Assembly (NCBI GenBank): GCA_040954595.2 | Contig: CM082586.2 | Span: forward strand, 2,113,124 to 2,177,123 | Direction of reading: 5' to 3' | DNA from: Balanoglossus misakiensis | Lineage: Eukaryota; Animalia; Hemichordata | DNA length: 64,000 nucleotides | Shown: in pieces, positions 10,768 to 22,085 of the stretch | Layout: each line of letters starts with the position of its first letter | How positions within the stretch are numbered: position 1 is the first letter of the stretch | The notes under the pieces: generated by a model | What the model saw: the letters and a program-made list of their open reading frames with translations, nothing else | What the model was told of the DNA's origin: nothing | Databases searched by the model: none | Position numbers and translations under genes: made by a program

Positions 10768-13367
10768 ATGGCGGTTCATCTGAATGCTGTCCTCTCAAAC
10801 TGTCGCTGTATTTTGTCAAATTCTGTTCGTCGGGTGACCTGTTTCCAACGGAGACTTTGTACTTCTCCAGTCCGAGGTAGGGATAATGTTGGACAGTTGT
10901 ATTTTTGGGAGAAATGCACTAAAAGACGCTTGGACGTACTTTGGTAGTGCCTTGGTTCTTGTACATGTACATTTCACCACAAATCAAATGCAACATACTA
11001 GATGCAGAATTTATTTCGGCTGGTGTTAGGGTATAATGGACTGCGAAACCACTGTATTTCTGTATTTTTCATCCAGCTCTATACACCAGGCCAAAACTTG
11101 AGCTGTGGTACCGGGTATTGCACGTACAAACTTGCAATATGAAAAAAAAATCACATAAAATCAGTGAGAAAGATTTCATCTCCCTCATCACGCGTCTATC
11201 CGTTCGTTCGTCAGTCCACTGAAAAACAGTATTCGATTTTGGTGCCACACATTTTAAAAGGAATAAAAAAAAACCCTGAAAATCCTATCAAAGGTTATAA
11301 AGTCGGTAATAAATCACTAATTTATCAAAACAAATAATATTCACGCAATATGTGACTTTTCTGACAACCATTTCTGGCTCTTCCGTATCCTTGACTACTG
11401 ATCAGACCAGAAGACTGTTATCACAGAAAAACAGGGAAGCGTGTTCTTGATAGGACTCAACAGACCCGAGGTCAGAAATTGTGTCAACATTGCCACTGGG
11501 GTTCAGTTGCTGGAAGCCTTCCAGGAATTTGAAAAGGACTCAGAATCCCTTGTTGCTGTCTTCTATGGAAAAGGTGAGACTAAGATTTGAGTATTTATTG
11601 CCTGATTCGTACTGATAACTTAGGTTGCAATAAAAATGCTCTATAAAACTGCAGTAGTGTTTGAGATTTGTACAGACAAATGAAATGATGAAAAATTGGG
11701 ATTTTTGAAATCATTGCCATACAGACTTAAGTTATATCTGTATTGGGGGAAGTGAATGCCCTTTACAATAAAATAAAATAAAATAAAAAGCTAAGTTTTC
11801 CCTCATACTTCTTTTTTCCTCCAGGGAAATCTTTCTGTTCAGGATGGGATCTGAAAGAAGTGTCAGAGTATCCTCCAGACTTCCAAATCAAATACTCACA
11901 GATGGTAAATAAGAAATACTTTTTGTGCTCTGGTAGAAACTATGGTTAGCATATTGAGTAAAACTGTATAATTCTATGTATGTAGATAACATAGTCTCCC
12001 TACTTTCCCCTCACACAAATATGTATGACTGAGGACAACACTTATGGAAAACTTTTTTACTATGACAGGGACCAGGAAAGTTACATTTCTCCAAACCTAT
12101 CATTGGTGCTATACAAGGATACGCTGTTGCTGGAGGGCTGGAAATGGCACTACTCTGTGATATGAGAGTGGTTGAAGAAAGTGCTATTATGGGTGTCTTT
12201 TGTAGAAGATTTGGTAAGTGTCCACAGCCTTCTTCCAGAACTCGGTACCAGTCACAAACAGCGCCCTCTAGCGTTTATACTTGAAATTCTTTCTGATGAA
12301 GAAAGTTTCTCAGACATTTGAATATGAAAGAGCTGTTTGCTCATTATACTGGTTCTTGTAGTTCAACTTGGTTTACAGACCAGCTCTTGCTGATATTAAT
12401 AGCACTTGTCAATTATTAAAAAAATAGGAAAAAATATAATATGAATATCAGTAAAAGTGTGATTGGTACTGTAATTTACAAACTTATATTGAACAATCTT
12501 AATTTTCTGTCACATTCAAAACATTTGAAAGACTTTTTTCTTGAGATAATAACCATGTTTAATGCTTTGACTCGGCTAAATTGATGATGACTCACACATA
12601 AAGCTGTATAAAAATTGGAACTTTCCTCTAGCTTTGCTTTTTAGTAACTAATTCCAGGCTTTGGTCAAATATTTGCCTGTACGTATCCTGTGAATTTCTG
12701 TGCATCAGAAACAAATAAAGAAGATACTTTTTCTTCTGACTTAGTGCCAGCTTTTGTTTTTTCTGTAACCAAAATTGTAGGTGTACCACTTGTGGATGGC
12801 GGAACTGTTCGGCTGCCCGCACTGGTTGGTCTTTCAAGAGCACTTGACTTGATATTGACCGGCAGACCGGTCACTGCAAAAGAAGCTCTGGACATTGGTC
12901 TGGCAAACAGAGTTGTGCGTGATGGAACAGGTTGGTCTCTGTTAGAAATTTTGCCAAGCTATTGTGTAGTATGGAGTAGAGAAAGAAATTCCATTTTATA
13001 CAGAGAACAAAAATACTGGAAATAAAGCCAAAAGTTACAGCTAATGTCTCTTTAAAGTTAAAGTGTATTTATTAACTTTTCCTGTGTGGACTGATAAAGT
13101 TTTAACAGTTATCTTTAATAACAAACAGCCCTGCAGGAAGCCATCAGACTTGCTGAACAGCTTACGAGGTTTCCCCAGACCTGTATGCTGGCCGACAGGA
13201 GATCTGCCTACAACGCTGTGTTTGACAGCCAGTCGTTCGAAGATGCCATGAACTTTGAACACGACAAAGGCAAGGTTGTCATCGCTAAGGAGTCTGTGAA
13301 GGGAGCTGGAATATTTGTGAGTGGCGTCGGGAAATCGGGATCTTTTAAAGAATTTGGAGAAGAGTGA
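10768..13367 (+). CDS. Crotonase-superfamily enoyl-CoA hydratase/isomerase with N-terminal mitochondrial-type presequence; exons 10768-10876, 11406-11573, 11825-11904, 12069-12213, 12781-12930, 13129-13367; 296 aa
   Basis: Six exons with GT-AG introns join in frame (891 nt). Motifs include IGLNRPEVRNCV, FCSGWDLKE (oxyanion hole 1), KPIIGAIQGYAVAGGLEMALLCDMRV, GVFCRRFGVPLVDGGTVRLPALVGLSRALDLILTGR and AKEALDIGLANRVV. Exon 1 is Arg/Ser-rich and has no acidic residues. Confidence 0.95.
12259..12275. promoter_or_regulatory. CTCF-like motif in intron 4 of the crotonase gene
   Basis: CAGCGCCCTCTAGCG matches the CTCF core GCGCCCTCTAGTGG. A second AGCGCCCTCTAG in the same orientation lies at 16279-16290. 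Confidence 0.4.
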
Positions 13368-13410
13368 AATGAAGACAGTCCAGGTGCGATCATATATTTG
13401 TGTGGAAAAT

Positions 13411-13568
13411 TTTCTATAGAATTCAATGGCATTCTATAGATAGAATTCAATAGAAATGCGGTGTTCAAAACTGCATAGATCCATAGAACTTTTATAAACG
13501 TCCATACAAATTCTATTGTTTTCTATAGAATGCCAAAGATATCTATAGAAAGTTATTTTTGCTAGGGT
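13411..13568. repeat. Inverted-repeat (MITE-like) element just after the crotonase stop codon
   Basis: The left arm TTTCTATAGAATTCAATGGCATTCTATAGA (13411-13440) closely matches the reverse complement of about 13521-13551 (TTTCTATAGATATCTTTGGCATTCTATAGAA). TTCTATAGA units recur internally. Confidence 0.6.
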
Positions 13569-16500
13569 CATATCTTGCTGTCTGTATAATCCTGCCTGTT
13601 TTCCTGTGTGTATTGTTCCATCGATGTCATTGGAAGAAGTACAGGTAGGTCTATAATGCATGCAGAAAGTACGGTAGTTTTTTTAGTGTGTTTAAGTGCG
13701 CGAACCTTGTCCAGCACATGTACTTCCGAAAGTTAACCCTCTTGGTTAGAATGCCACCAAGCGGTCAACTGTAGACTTCTTGCGCGAGTGCTTGCCTCCA
13801 ACCTCCGTCTCCCAAATGCGCTATAATGTGGAGAGCCCTGAAATCTCATGTAGTAAAAGGACATGAACACCTGAGGTTAAACTCTTGTCAACGTCAGTCA
13901 GACTCAAACATTGGAGAGACTTTATTAGATTTCTCGGAGCTATGTTTCCGTCATACATCATTTAATTACTGGGAAAGTACAATGCGATTTTAAATATTAA
14001 ACACATCTCTGCTGTCAGGGGTTGTCATGTGGAGCACTTTTATGAGCAAGGGAAAATACAGGAATTACTTGCCGGAGAAGAAAGCAAAATCTTTAAATTA
14101 CTGTTCAAGGTATTGCCTTCAGTCCCTGTGTAGTTTTTTGCTATATTTGAGAAATTTTATTAGCTTTGCTTTTATTAAGATGGAGTTTACGCACAGTGAC
14201 AGGCAGACTGTAATCAGCCTGGAGCCAAATATTCCTTGGGGGGTTGCCGGCTTCAGTGGGAGTTCTCCTGGAAAATGATTACGGATTCCGGGAAAAAAGT
14301 TGCTAATATTCAGGGAACAGGAATGCCAACACAGCAACATGTATCTAGTATATATTGAAAGAAACCAAGACTTTGTTGCTAAATTATACACAGAGTTTAA
14401 CCTTTCTGTAATGATAACAATATTAACTTCGAAAATAAAATCGCGACAGTAATGTAAAAAGTGACTTGAACCAATTTGGCATAATATATATCAAATGGTA
14501 AAATGGTCATAGTTCATAATAAGGGATCTGTATTGTTATATGTGCACAGATTGTGTTAGCGATGTCGTCATCATCACATTTAGTGACGTACCGTACTGAG
14601 TCAATCACCCATGCTCACCTCTGCATTGTGAGTTCCCAACTAAAAGACATGCAAGAATCAGGACTAAACCGCCCTATTTCCTGACATGTTTGCATAATCT
14701 CATTAATACTAATAGAACAGGACGACAGGTGTCCGTGCTGAGTGAGATAATTTGATGATCAGGACAAAAGTAATGTGGGAGATTTCATAATTGAATTGAT
14801 GTCTGCTTTAGTTGAGCTGGTTTCATCATGACATGTCTATCGATCTTCGCAGACACTGGCTGCATGCTACAGCTATAGGGACGTTTATTCATCAGGGACT
14901 CTTGTCTGTCTGGGACATTTGCCTCTCTGCTAATATATGTACAGACTGTATATTCGTGCTGTAGTAATTCAGTTTGTATAAACCTGGTGGTGTGGCATTA
15001 TTAGATTTCTATTTAGTATATTTGTACACGCAACTTCGCACTTTAAAGGGCTGTTTTCAAATGTTTGTCGGAATCATTTTCGTTGTTTTGTCTGTCTGTC
15101 CCTGCCAGATGGAGTCTAAAATGGAGACCTCTGGATAAAGGTCTGTTTACCTGCCTGACTATATCTTTTCATCTCTCTGTCAGGTGACTTCCATCGAAAA
15201 ACCTTCAAAATTAACTATAAACTGGCATTTTTAAAATTAAAATGGTTTGATTTGGTCGTCATCTGTCATCCAGGGTTGTTTGTTAATTTTTCTATTTTCA
15301 GCTTCTTTAAAAACTAGAATGTCACTGTTTGCTGTGATATTTGTACTGCAGATAATGTATACTGAAAGGTTTATTTATAGAAGTAAGTTTATACCTGATA
15401 TCAAAGTCTAGATCCATTTTTGATTAAAAAAGCGGTTTAATGGATATGCAGGGCTTTGTGGCGAAGTTAAGAGTGTTGTGAATTAACCAGATTGGCAGTT
15501 TTTACTATCACAACTGCAGTTCCCAGTGATATTTTCCTGTCTTTCCCTTCAGGGAAATCAAAGATAGGAAGTGAAAACCTCAAAAGAAATCATTTTTTTA
15601 GAGATTCTATTAATGTCACAGACACTTCCCACTCATCTACACATATTGATCCCAAAAGTCATCAAGATTACACTTTTCTCCAAATTAACCAGGTAATAAT
15701 TTAAAATGTTAAAATGTCATAAGTAGCCTCCTATTATATTTTCCATCAATTATGAAAATTTATGACACCTTGGAGTAGTTCCTCATGCAAAGAGTGACAT
15801 TTATTGTTGTGAAAGTACGAATCAACCTGAGTGAAATTTTGAATTATTAATTTTTTGATTTTCAGGCGAACATATTTTGGTTGAACTAAGCTGGGGAGAA
15901 ATTAATAACAAGGGCTTTTTAAAAGTTGTCAATCAAACTCAATTATTTTTATCCATCTGTCATGTTCAATCAGTTAGTCATATCTCCTTTTCCCTTCAAT
16001 TATTTTCGCACTATTGTCTGGGTTTATTCACTATGTATGACTGCACATCTGCAATGTCGGATTATTCCAAATCAGACTTGGAGCTGTAGTGGATAAAATT
16101 TAATAATATCATTTAAAAAAAAAATGTTTTTAGATGTGCCAGTCTCTGAGAAGGTCAACCCTATTACATTACGTTTGTGAAAAAGTAAATCCCAACGTCA
16201 GAGACAATTTCCTGTTACGTCAGTGAAGCGTCGTATTGTCTGCGCGAAGACGCACGTTGAAGATTCAGCTTTGGGTTTAGCGCCCTCTAGAAGTAACACT
16301 TAATCTGGAACCTGCAGTACTGTTATAGGCCACAAAGTAGTTCTAAATTCTACGTAGTGTTGCTCCACTTAAATCCTCCTAAAAACCAATGAGATTAAGA
16401 CTCTTGGAAAGTCTCGGAATTATGAGTGAGACTGATCATTAAAGGACATGGTTTGTAATATCAACAGATCTCCAATTGCAAGAGAGGAGCAGCCTTGTTC

Positions 16501-17948
16501 ATGTTTGCGATTCACTCAGCTGTCCTTTCATGATGGCCGCCGAACACACCACAAACACTTTTAGTACAAATACTGATTTGTGCAGCATCCTTGCACTCTC
16601 TCGTTTTAGAGTTCTGTCAGTTAAACAATGTATGTTATCAGTGTTTGTGAATCATTATATCCACTCGACTGATTGTGGGTATGAGAAAGCTGTAACAACC
16701 AACGAATATAAACAGCAGATATTGCATTGCCAAGCTCGAAACCCCCCCCCCCCCACCCAAAAAATAAAAAAAAATAATAATAAAATAATTCTATCTTCAG
16801 AAACAGGTGTACACATGTGCTTTTATCCACAGGTGTGACTTAATACGTTTGATCATGATCACTTTAAATTTAATAGACCATTTCCTCCTAATAGGACAAG
16901 ATTCATGCTTTTATTATTAATTGATAACGTGCACAAAATTGAATCAAGCATAATTGATGCTATTGGATAATTAAATACTGGGAATAACGTAGATACATGC
17001 AGTCGCCGCCAGCAATTTCCTGCACACCTGATGCAAACCTCAAAAGGCAGCTACATGCATGCACATACAGAAACTTAGCCCTGGGGCGGGACGTATATGT
17101 TAGTCCCGGGGGGATATGGAAACCTAAATACCGAGAAAATACCCAAGAATTTAGGGCTTGACGAGCTTTGAGCTTTACGTCACATTCTAATTTGTTTCAC
17201 ATTTAAGAAGCCTTTTTGATGCCCAAATCTGCAGTTAAATTACTGCTGTTTTGTAGACTTGCTATGTTTGTCAGCTGTATGGCTGCCATGACACGTGCAG
17301 AGGGATGAAACCTTCAAACTTAACTTACATCATATTAACTTCACGGGGGTGGTGGAGCGGTCATGTCAATATATATTACATATCAAACCACCAGCACTGT
17401 GTTAATATGACAGAACAGAAATTGAGAATTCGGAACTTAATGAATGGTTAGTTCTCATTTCTAAAAAAATGATTAATACCACCACAAAAACAGAAAATAA
17501 TGCATTTAAAAAAAAAGAAAAGTAACAAGTCTAAATCTCATCCTTCTTTTCCGTCGATGATTTGTTTTTTCTTGGCAATCTGATTATGGCCAGGTGATCT
17601 TATTGAAATGACATAATGACTTAGTTTTAAGCGATAAAACTAAAAAAGTCTTCGCTTTGTGTGTTTCACATGTAAAACGATATTTGCACATTAATTATGC
17701 ATGGTAGTATAATATTACCGGAAAAGCCTCAGCCATCTGTACTTGTTCAGCCGCTTGAAATCAATGGGTTTTGTGATACGTTTCTGCATTTGAAATCACC
17801 AATGTTATCTTACACAAAATAAAATATTGATGCGGTATTGCAGTGACATGTATCAAAAGCTTCTTAGTAACCCAACCTGCCGATAGTGGTGACGCCCAAG
17901 ATTTACGTGAGCGTGGACCGTTTCATTTCCGCGGTGCAAGTCCGCACA

Positions 17949-18293
17949 GGGGTGCTGTTCGGTCGTAGACAGATCGGTACACAGCCATAGGTGTTCGGCT
18001 GTACCTTTATTCGGTTGTGTTAAACCTCACACCGGCTGAGAAATTTCGTTTTTGCCCGAAGTCAAGCATCTGAGATGTAGAATGATTTGTTAGCTCTAAG
18101 TGGACCTCGATCGTAGTCGGCTCGCGACTAGTGGATAAATCTACTTCACGTGTACCAGCAGTATTAGTCGGGCAGTGCGTGAGTGTGGATGTTGGGTAGT
18201 GCTTGGCACCTGCATATACCACTCATCTATCGACAACATATCTAGCTGATTTCTTTGGCGTCGGACACCCCCAAGGTACAGTAAAAACCTTTT
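17949..18293 (+). ncRNA. Candidate structured RNA or structured non-coding first exon, family unassigned
   Basis: CpG-rich island with a closing stem GGGGTG (17949-54)/CACCCC (18266-71) and at least six internal helices paired by eye. There is no long ORF with coding features. An Inr-like TCATTT lies at 17923. Confidence 0.4.
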
Positions 18294-21200
18294 CAGAATG
18301 CCCCTTTGTTTCTCACGTCACTGTCATGGCCATCTCTACGTTCTGCGTAAATCTGTGTTATAATTCTTTTGTACTATTTATATCTGCATTTTCTGAAGAA
18401 AAAAATTCTATACTCGTTAGTTACTTGCCATGCTGGTGGAAAGGCAAGTTGTTGTTAATGGGAGTCTTAAATCTTTATCAAGTCAAGTTTGAGAAACCGT
18501 TCCCAGACATATATCTAGGAAAGAGGGAATGTTAGAGGGTAAACTCAAAGAGACTGCTTGTAGCTTTCTTAAACAGTTACCTAACTTCACTAGCTGTGAA
18601 AACTGAAAAAAATGGGTCGCTTATGGCAATCTTATATTAGAAACTCTGATTGTTGTAAAATTCCTGTTTTGACTTTTTTTTCAAAATTCTGGCAAAAATG
18701 TCACATTTGCTATTATCGCCATTAAGTCATTTCCCTCTAAAACATGTGAAAATTAGTGATTGTTTTTATAGGGAAGGACAATACCTCTCTAGTGCTTGGA
18801 AAAACAGGAGAAAAAATCAAAAATGTGTAATTCAAAATAATCATCAATAATGTATGTTAACTTACTGAAGTGGAAAAATTGATAGCAATAAATGAATAAT
18901 TCAAAATGTTTCCAATGAAACACACTGATTTCAAAGGAAAAAAAATAGATGTCTTTTCTGTACCATTGAGAGTCATGTATTCGAAAAGTGAAACAGCTGT
19001 ACTGGTATGAGAAAGCATTTGCAGAGGCAGATTAAATACGTTTCTTGCTAAATCTCTCCTACTATACTGCTTCTTGTCATTCTGAATTAAAAACCTGCGG
19101 CCCTGTTAATCATAAAGATAACTGCCGCGCAATTTAGGCCAAAACAGTAATAATTAATAATGATTAGTTCTTAATTATCAGCACACAGCAGTGCTGGAGC
19201 TACATGTACAAGCAATGAAATTGCCATGGTAATTTATCAGTGCATCAGTTGTTAGCCAGTAGCTTAAAATTCATGCCTTGCATTCTCTACAGCAAAATAC
19301 AGAACGATGTGTAGGACATACAGTAAAATACAGGATTTGCTTTCCAGGACGCAAATGTAAATACATGTATAGCGAAATACAAAGTGTTGTATTGTAATTG
19401 TGGCATCTCGGTTCTCAACACGTGACATCTGATGTAGCTTAGTGCGACTTGTACGCTTTCAAATCAATTTCTACATTTGACATATCATATAGTTATCCAG
19501 GTGTGACCTTGTGAACTGGATAGAGTCCCCAGACGAAACTGTCACAGTTATAAAACATCTGTCTTCATTTAGAATGTAAACTTTATGATTGATTAAACAT
19601 AGACATATGAATATTTTTATTTTCGTTACAGTTTTACGTGAGTGACCAGTATTTAGATCAGCAGAAAGCAATATAATACATTTACCTGGTGATGATAAAA
19701 GATAATAGCAAACTGATGTGTTACTCATAAAATTAATCTAAATTTAGATATCTCAGTTCTGTTGATATGTTGGCCTTTATTAAATAAAAGTGCTATAGGC
19801 TGTTACAAACTGTTGACAGCCATGTAAAGTGTAATTTTGTCACATAGGTTTCCTTTGTGAATGTTTCTACCTTGATTGACATTTGGGGATTTAACTTACA
19901 GAGTGTATGAAGAATGTTAAATAATATGCTATAAGTGCATGTTACAATAGAGTGTCGCTGTAAATCATGGTTTATTCCAGTCATCAGCCTCAATTTCCAA
20001 ATTTATTTCTGGTGAATATGTTAGATGAAAGGAGGAACATTACAGTCTTTTGACCCAATTTTGGTTATTTTATACTGCAAGGTGGTTGTTCTGATCTCTG
20101 AAACATGTAGAATGATGGGCCATACATGTAAATTCTGAACTCTATGTTACGCTCTTTTCTGTGAGTACTTGAGGAAAATGACAAATTACTTTTTCAACAT
20201 TTTCTGTCATTACTTTTAATGGAAGTAGCAAATGTCCTATTGAATTGTCTCTGCAGGTTGCTTTCATCCGATATGGAAGTAATTACAAATTACAACATAG
20301 TAATAATGGATGGATGTACTAAGCATTTATTCTCTGTACAACTTTCATCCAAATTGAGAACATAAAAAACAATTGTAAAATTAAATTCAAACAGAGAAAT
20401 CATTAATTGGTTCACTTCCACCTGTGCCAGAATAGCTTCTATAAATAAAATACACTATTGGAAAATTCCGCAAACAATAGAGTTGTAAAATGCTTTTCAT
20501 GACAGAAATATTGGCATATTTTCCCGTTTTAGTCAGCCATGGCTATAAATTGGACATATCATTGGAAAATGTCTCATTTTCGCTCAATAATCCAATAATA
20601 CTACAAGTTTTATGACTACAAAATGTCCATAATGGAGTTTTAAGTACGTAAGAAACTGATAGGGCTTAAGATGCGATCAATTTTTCCTTTATTATGCAGT
20701 GGCAGGCTGTCAATGCAGCGAGTGATGGACTGTGTCATTGACCACCAAATAGTCAAAACCGTCGTTTTGTCCCTGGTGTTTTGTTTGGTATATTCTCATG
20801 CCAGTATTTAGCATATACTCTTTGCTAAAGTGATGTGCATGTACCATGGGTATAAGAATATGGATGAAATCCATGATTACTGTATTTCATTCAGTGGAAT
20901 ATAGCCTGAGTAGTGAATTCTGAGGAGGCAAGGCCAAGAGGTCAGGTGATGGGGCAGTCTTGGTCACCTTGGTAGCAGTATAATGGCTCAAAACCAGCAT
21001 GGAAAAAAAATCAAATCATGATTGTATTAAACAGTGAGGGATTGGCTTTTCCTAGCTTGGGAACAAATCTCTTTCCCTTTGGGTGGGATCTTTTAAATAA
21101 TAAATAAATGTCTGAGAATGTGGACTTATTCTCTGTCTATGTTATGTTAAACTGCTGAGTTATACTCCAAGGGAAAACTGCTTTTTCGCATAACATGATT

Positions 21201-21849
21201 TAATTAGAATAAATAGTACTATTATCTGTTGTTCCCAACCAAGCAATTCTGGCCTCCGAGGTTCTATTTAAGCACACATCTTTTGTGTTCTTTTTTTCTT
21301 AACATTTCCATAATCTCCTTATTGAACCTGAGGTGTTTTCAAAAATACCCCATAACAAGCAAGATACATATGCCCACAAGAAACCAGTCTTTCAACATTC
21401 AGCAAGTTTAGCCTTTCTTATGACGAGTTATCATTACAATTGGAGACAAGAGAAATTAATTCTCCCTTGTGAAATGTTTTCACTTGGAGGCCTTTTAAAT
21501 CTTCTGTTAGAATTTCTAGAACCACATGCTTGCATTTCTTGAGGGCATACTTTTCATTATTTAACCAGCGTATTCATGATTGAATATGAGGTTTCAATTT
21601 TACGCCGAGTGCAATTCATTGTGCACGTATGAGTGTGTTTTGTGTAATTGGTAACAGCATGTTACTATTTATCATTACAAACCTTGTGCTGATACAACGT
21701 TGAACTTGTGTATGCTTGAAAGCAGTGCAACTGAGACCTTTTTCAAGGGCTGAATGCCCGCAGATATGCTAAACATTGCTGGCACAATACTATGAGGTTA
21801 TTACGAAAATACCGCAAAGTAGTTAGTTCTTGTGTTGCATGTTACTTGG

Positions 21850-22085
21850 CTTTCAAAACGCCCAAAATGCCGATACAATCGATCGAAAACCGCTCAGTTG
21901 ACTCAGTGAGCAGCCATCTTTCTTTTTTGTTTAAGTGTGCGCACGTGCGTTGGAGTGGGGGCGCCTTGAAACCGTCCGCATAACAACGCATACCTGTACA
22001 CGGTGAGTTTGGGGCGCCTTGAAACTAAGGCTTATTTAACGCGCGTTCCGTACGTACCGTTCCGTACGGCTTTTTATTGCACGCC
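21850..22085 (-). mobile_element. Probable terminus of a DNA transposon or non-autonomous element (superfamily unassigned)
   Basis: A CpG-rich patch inside a CpG-poor region. It has direct repeats GGGGCGCCTTGAAAC (21958-21972, 22011-22025) and CGTTCCGTACG (22044-22054, 22058-22068), and ends sharply at ...TTTTTATTGCACGCC (22085). Confidence 0.55.

Noticed and set aside
18120-18175. Group I intron P7-like pair (CGACTA / TATTAGTCGG)
   Set aside because: The bulged G-binding geometry and P3 pairing are absent, and it is not in an rRNA or organellar context.
17949-18293. Assignment of the structured element to 7SK, SRP, RNase P/MRP, telomerase RNA or an HDV-like ribozyme
   Set aside because: The diagnostic sequence motifs of each family are missing, so it is left unassigned.
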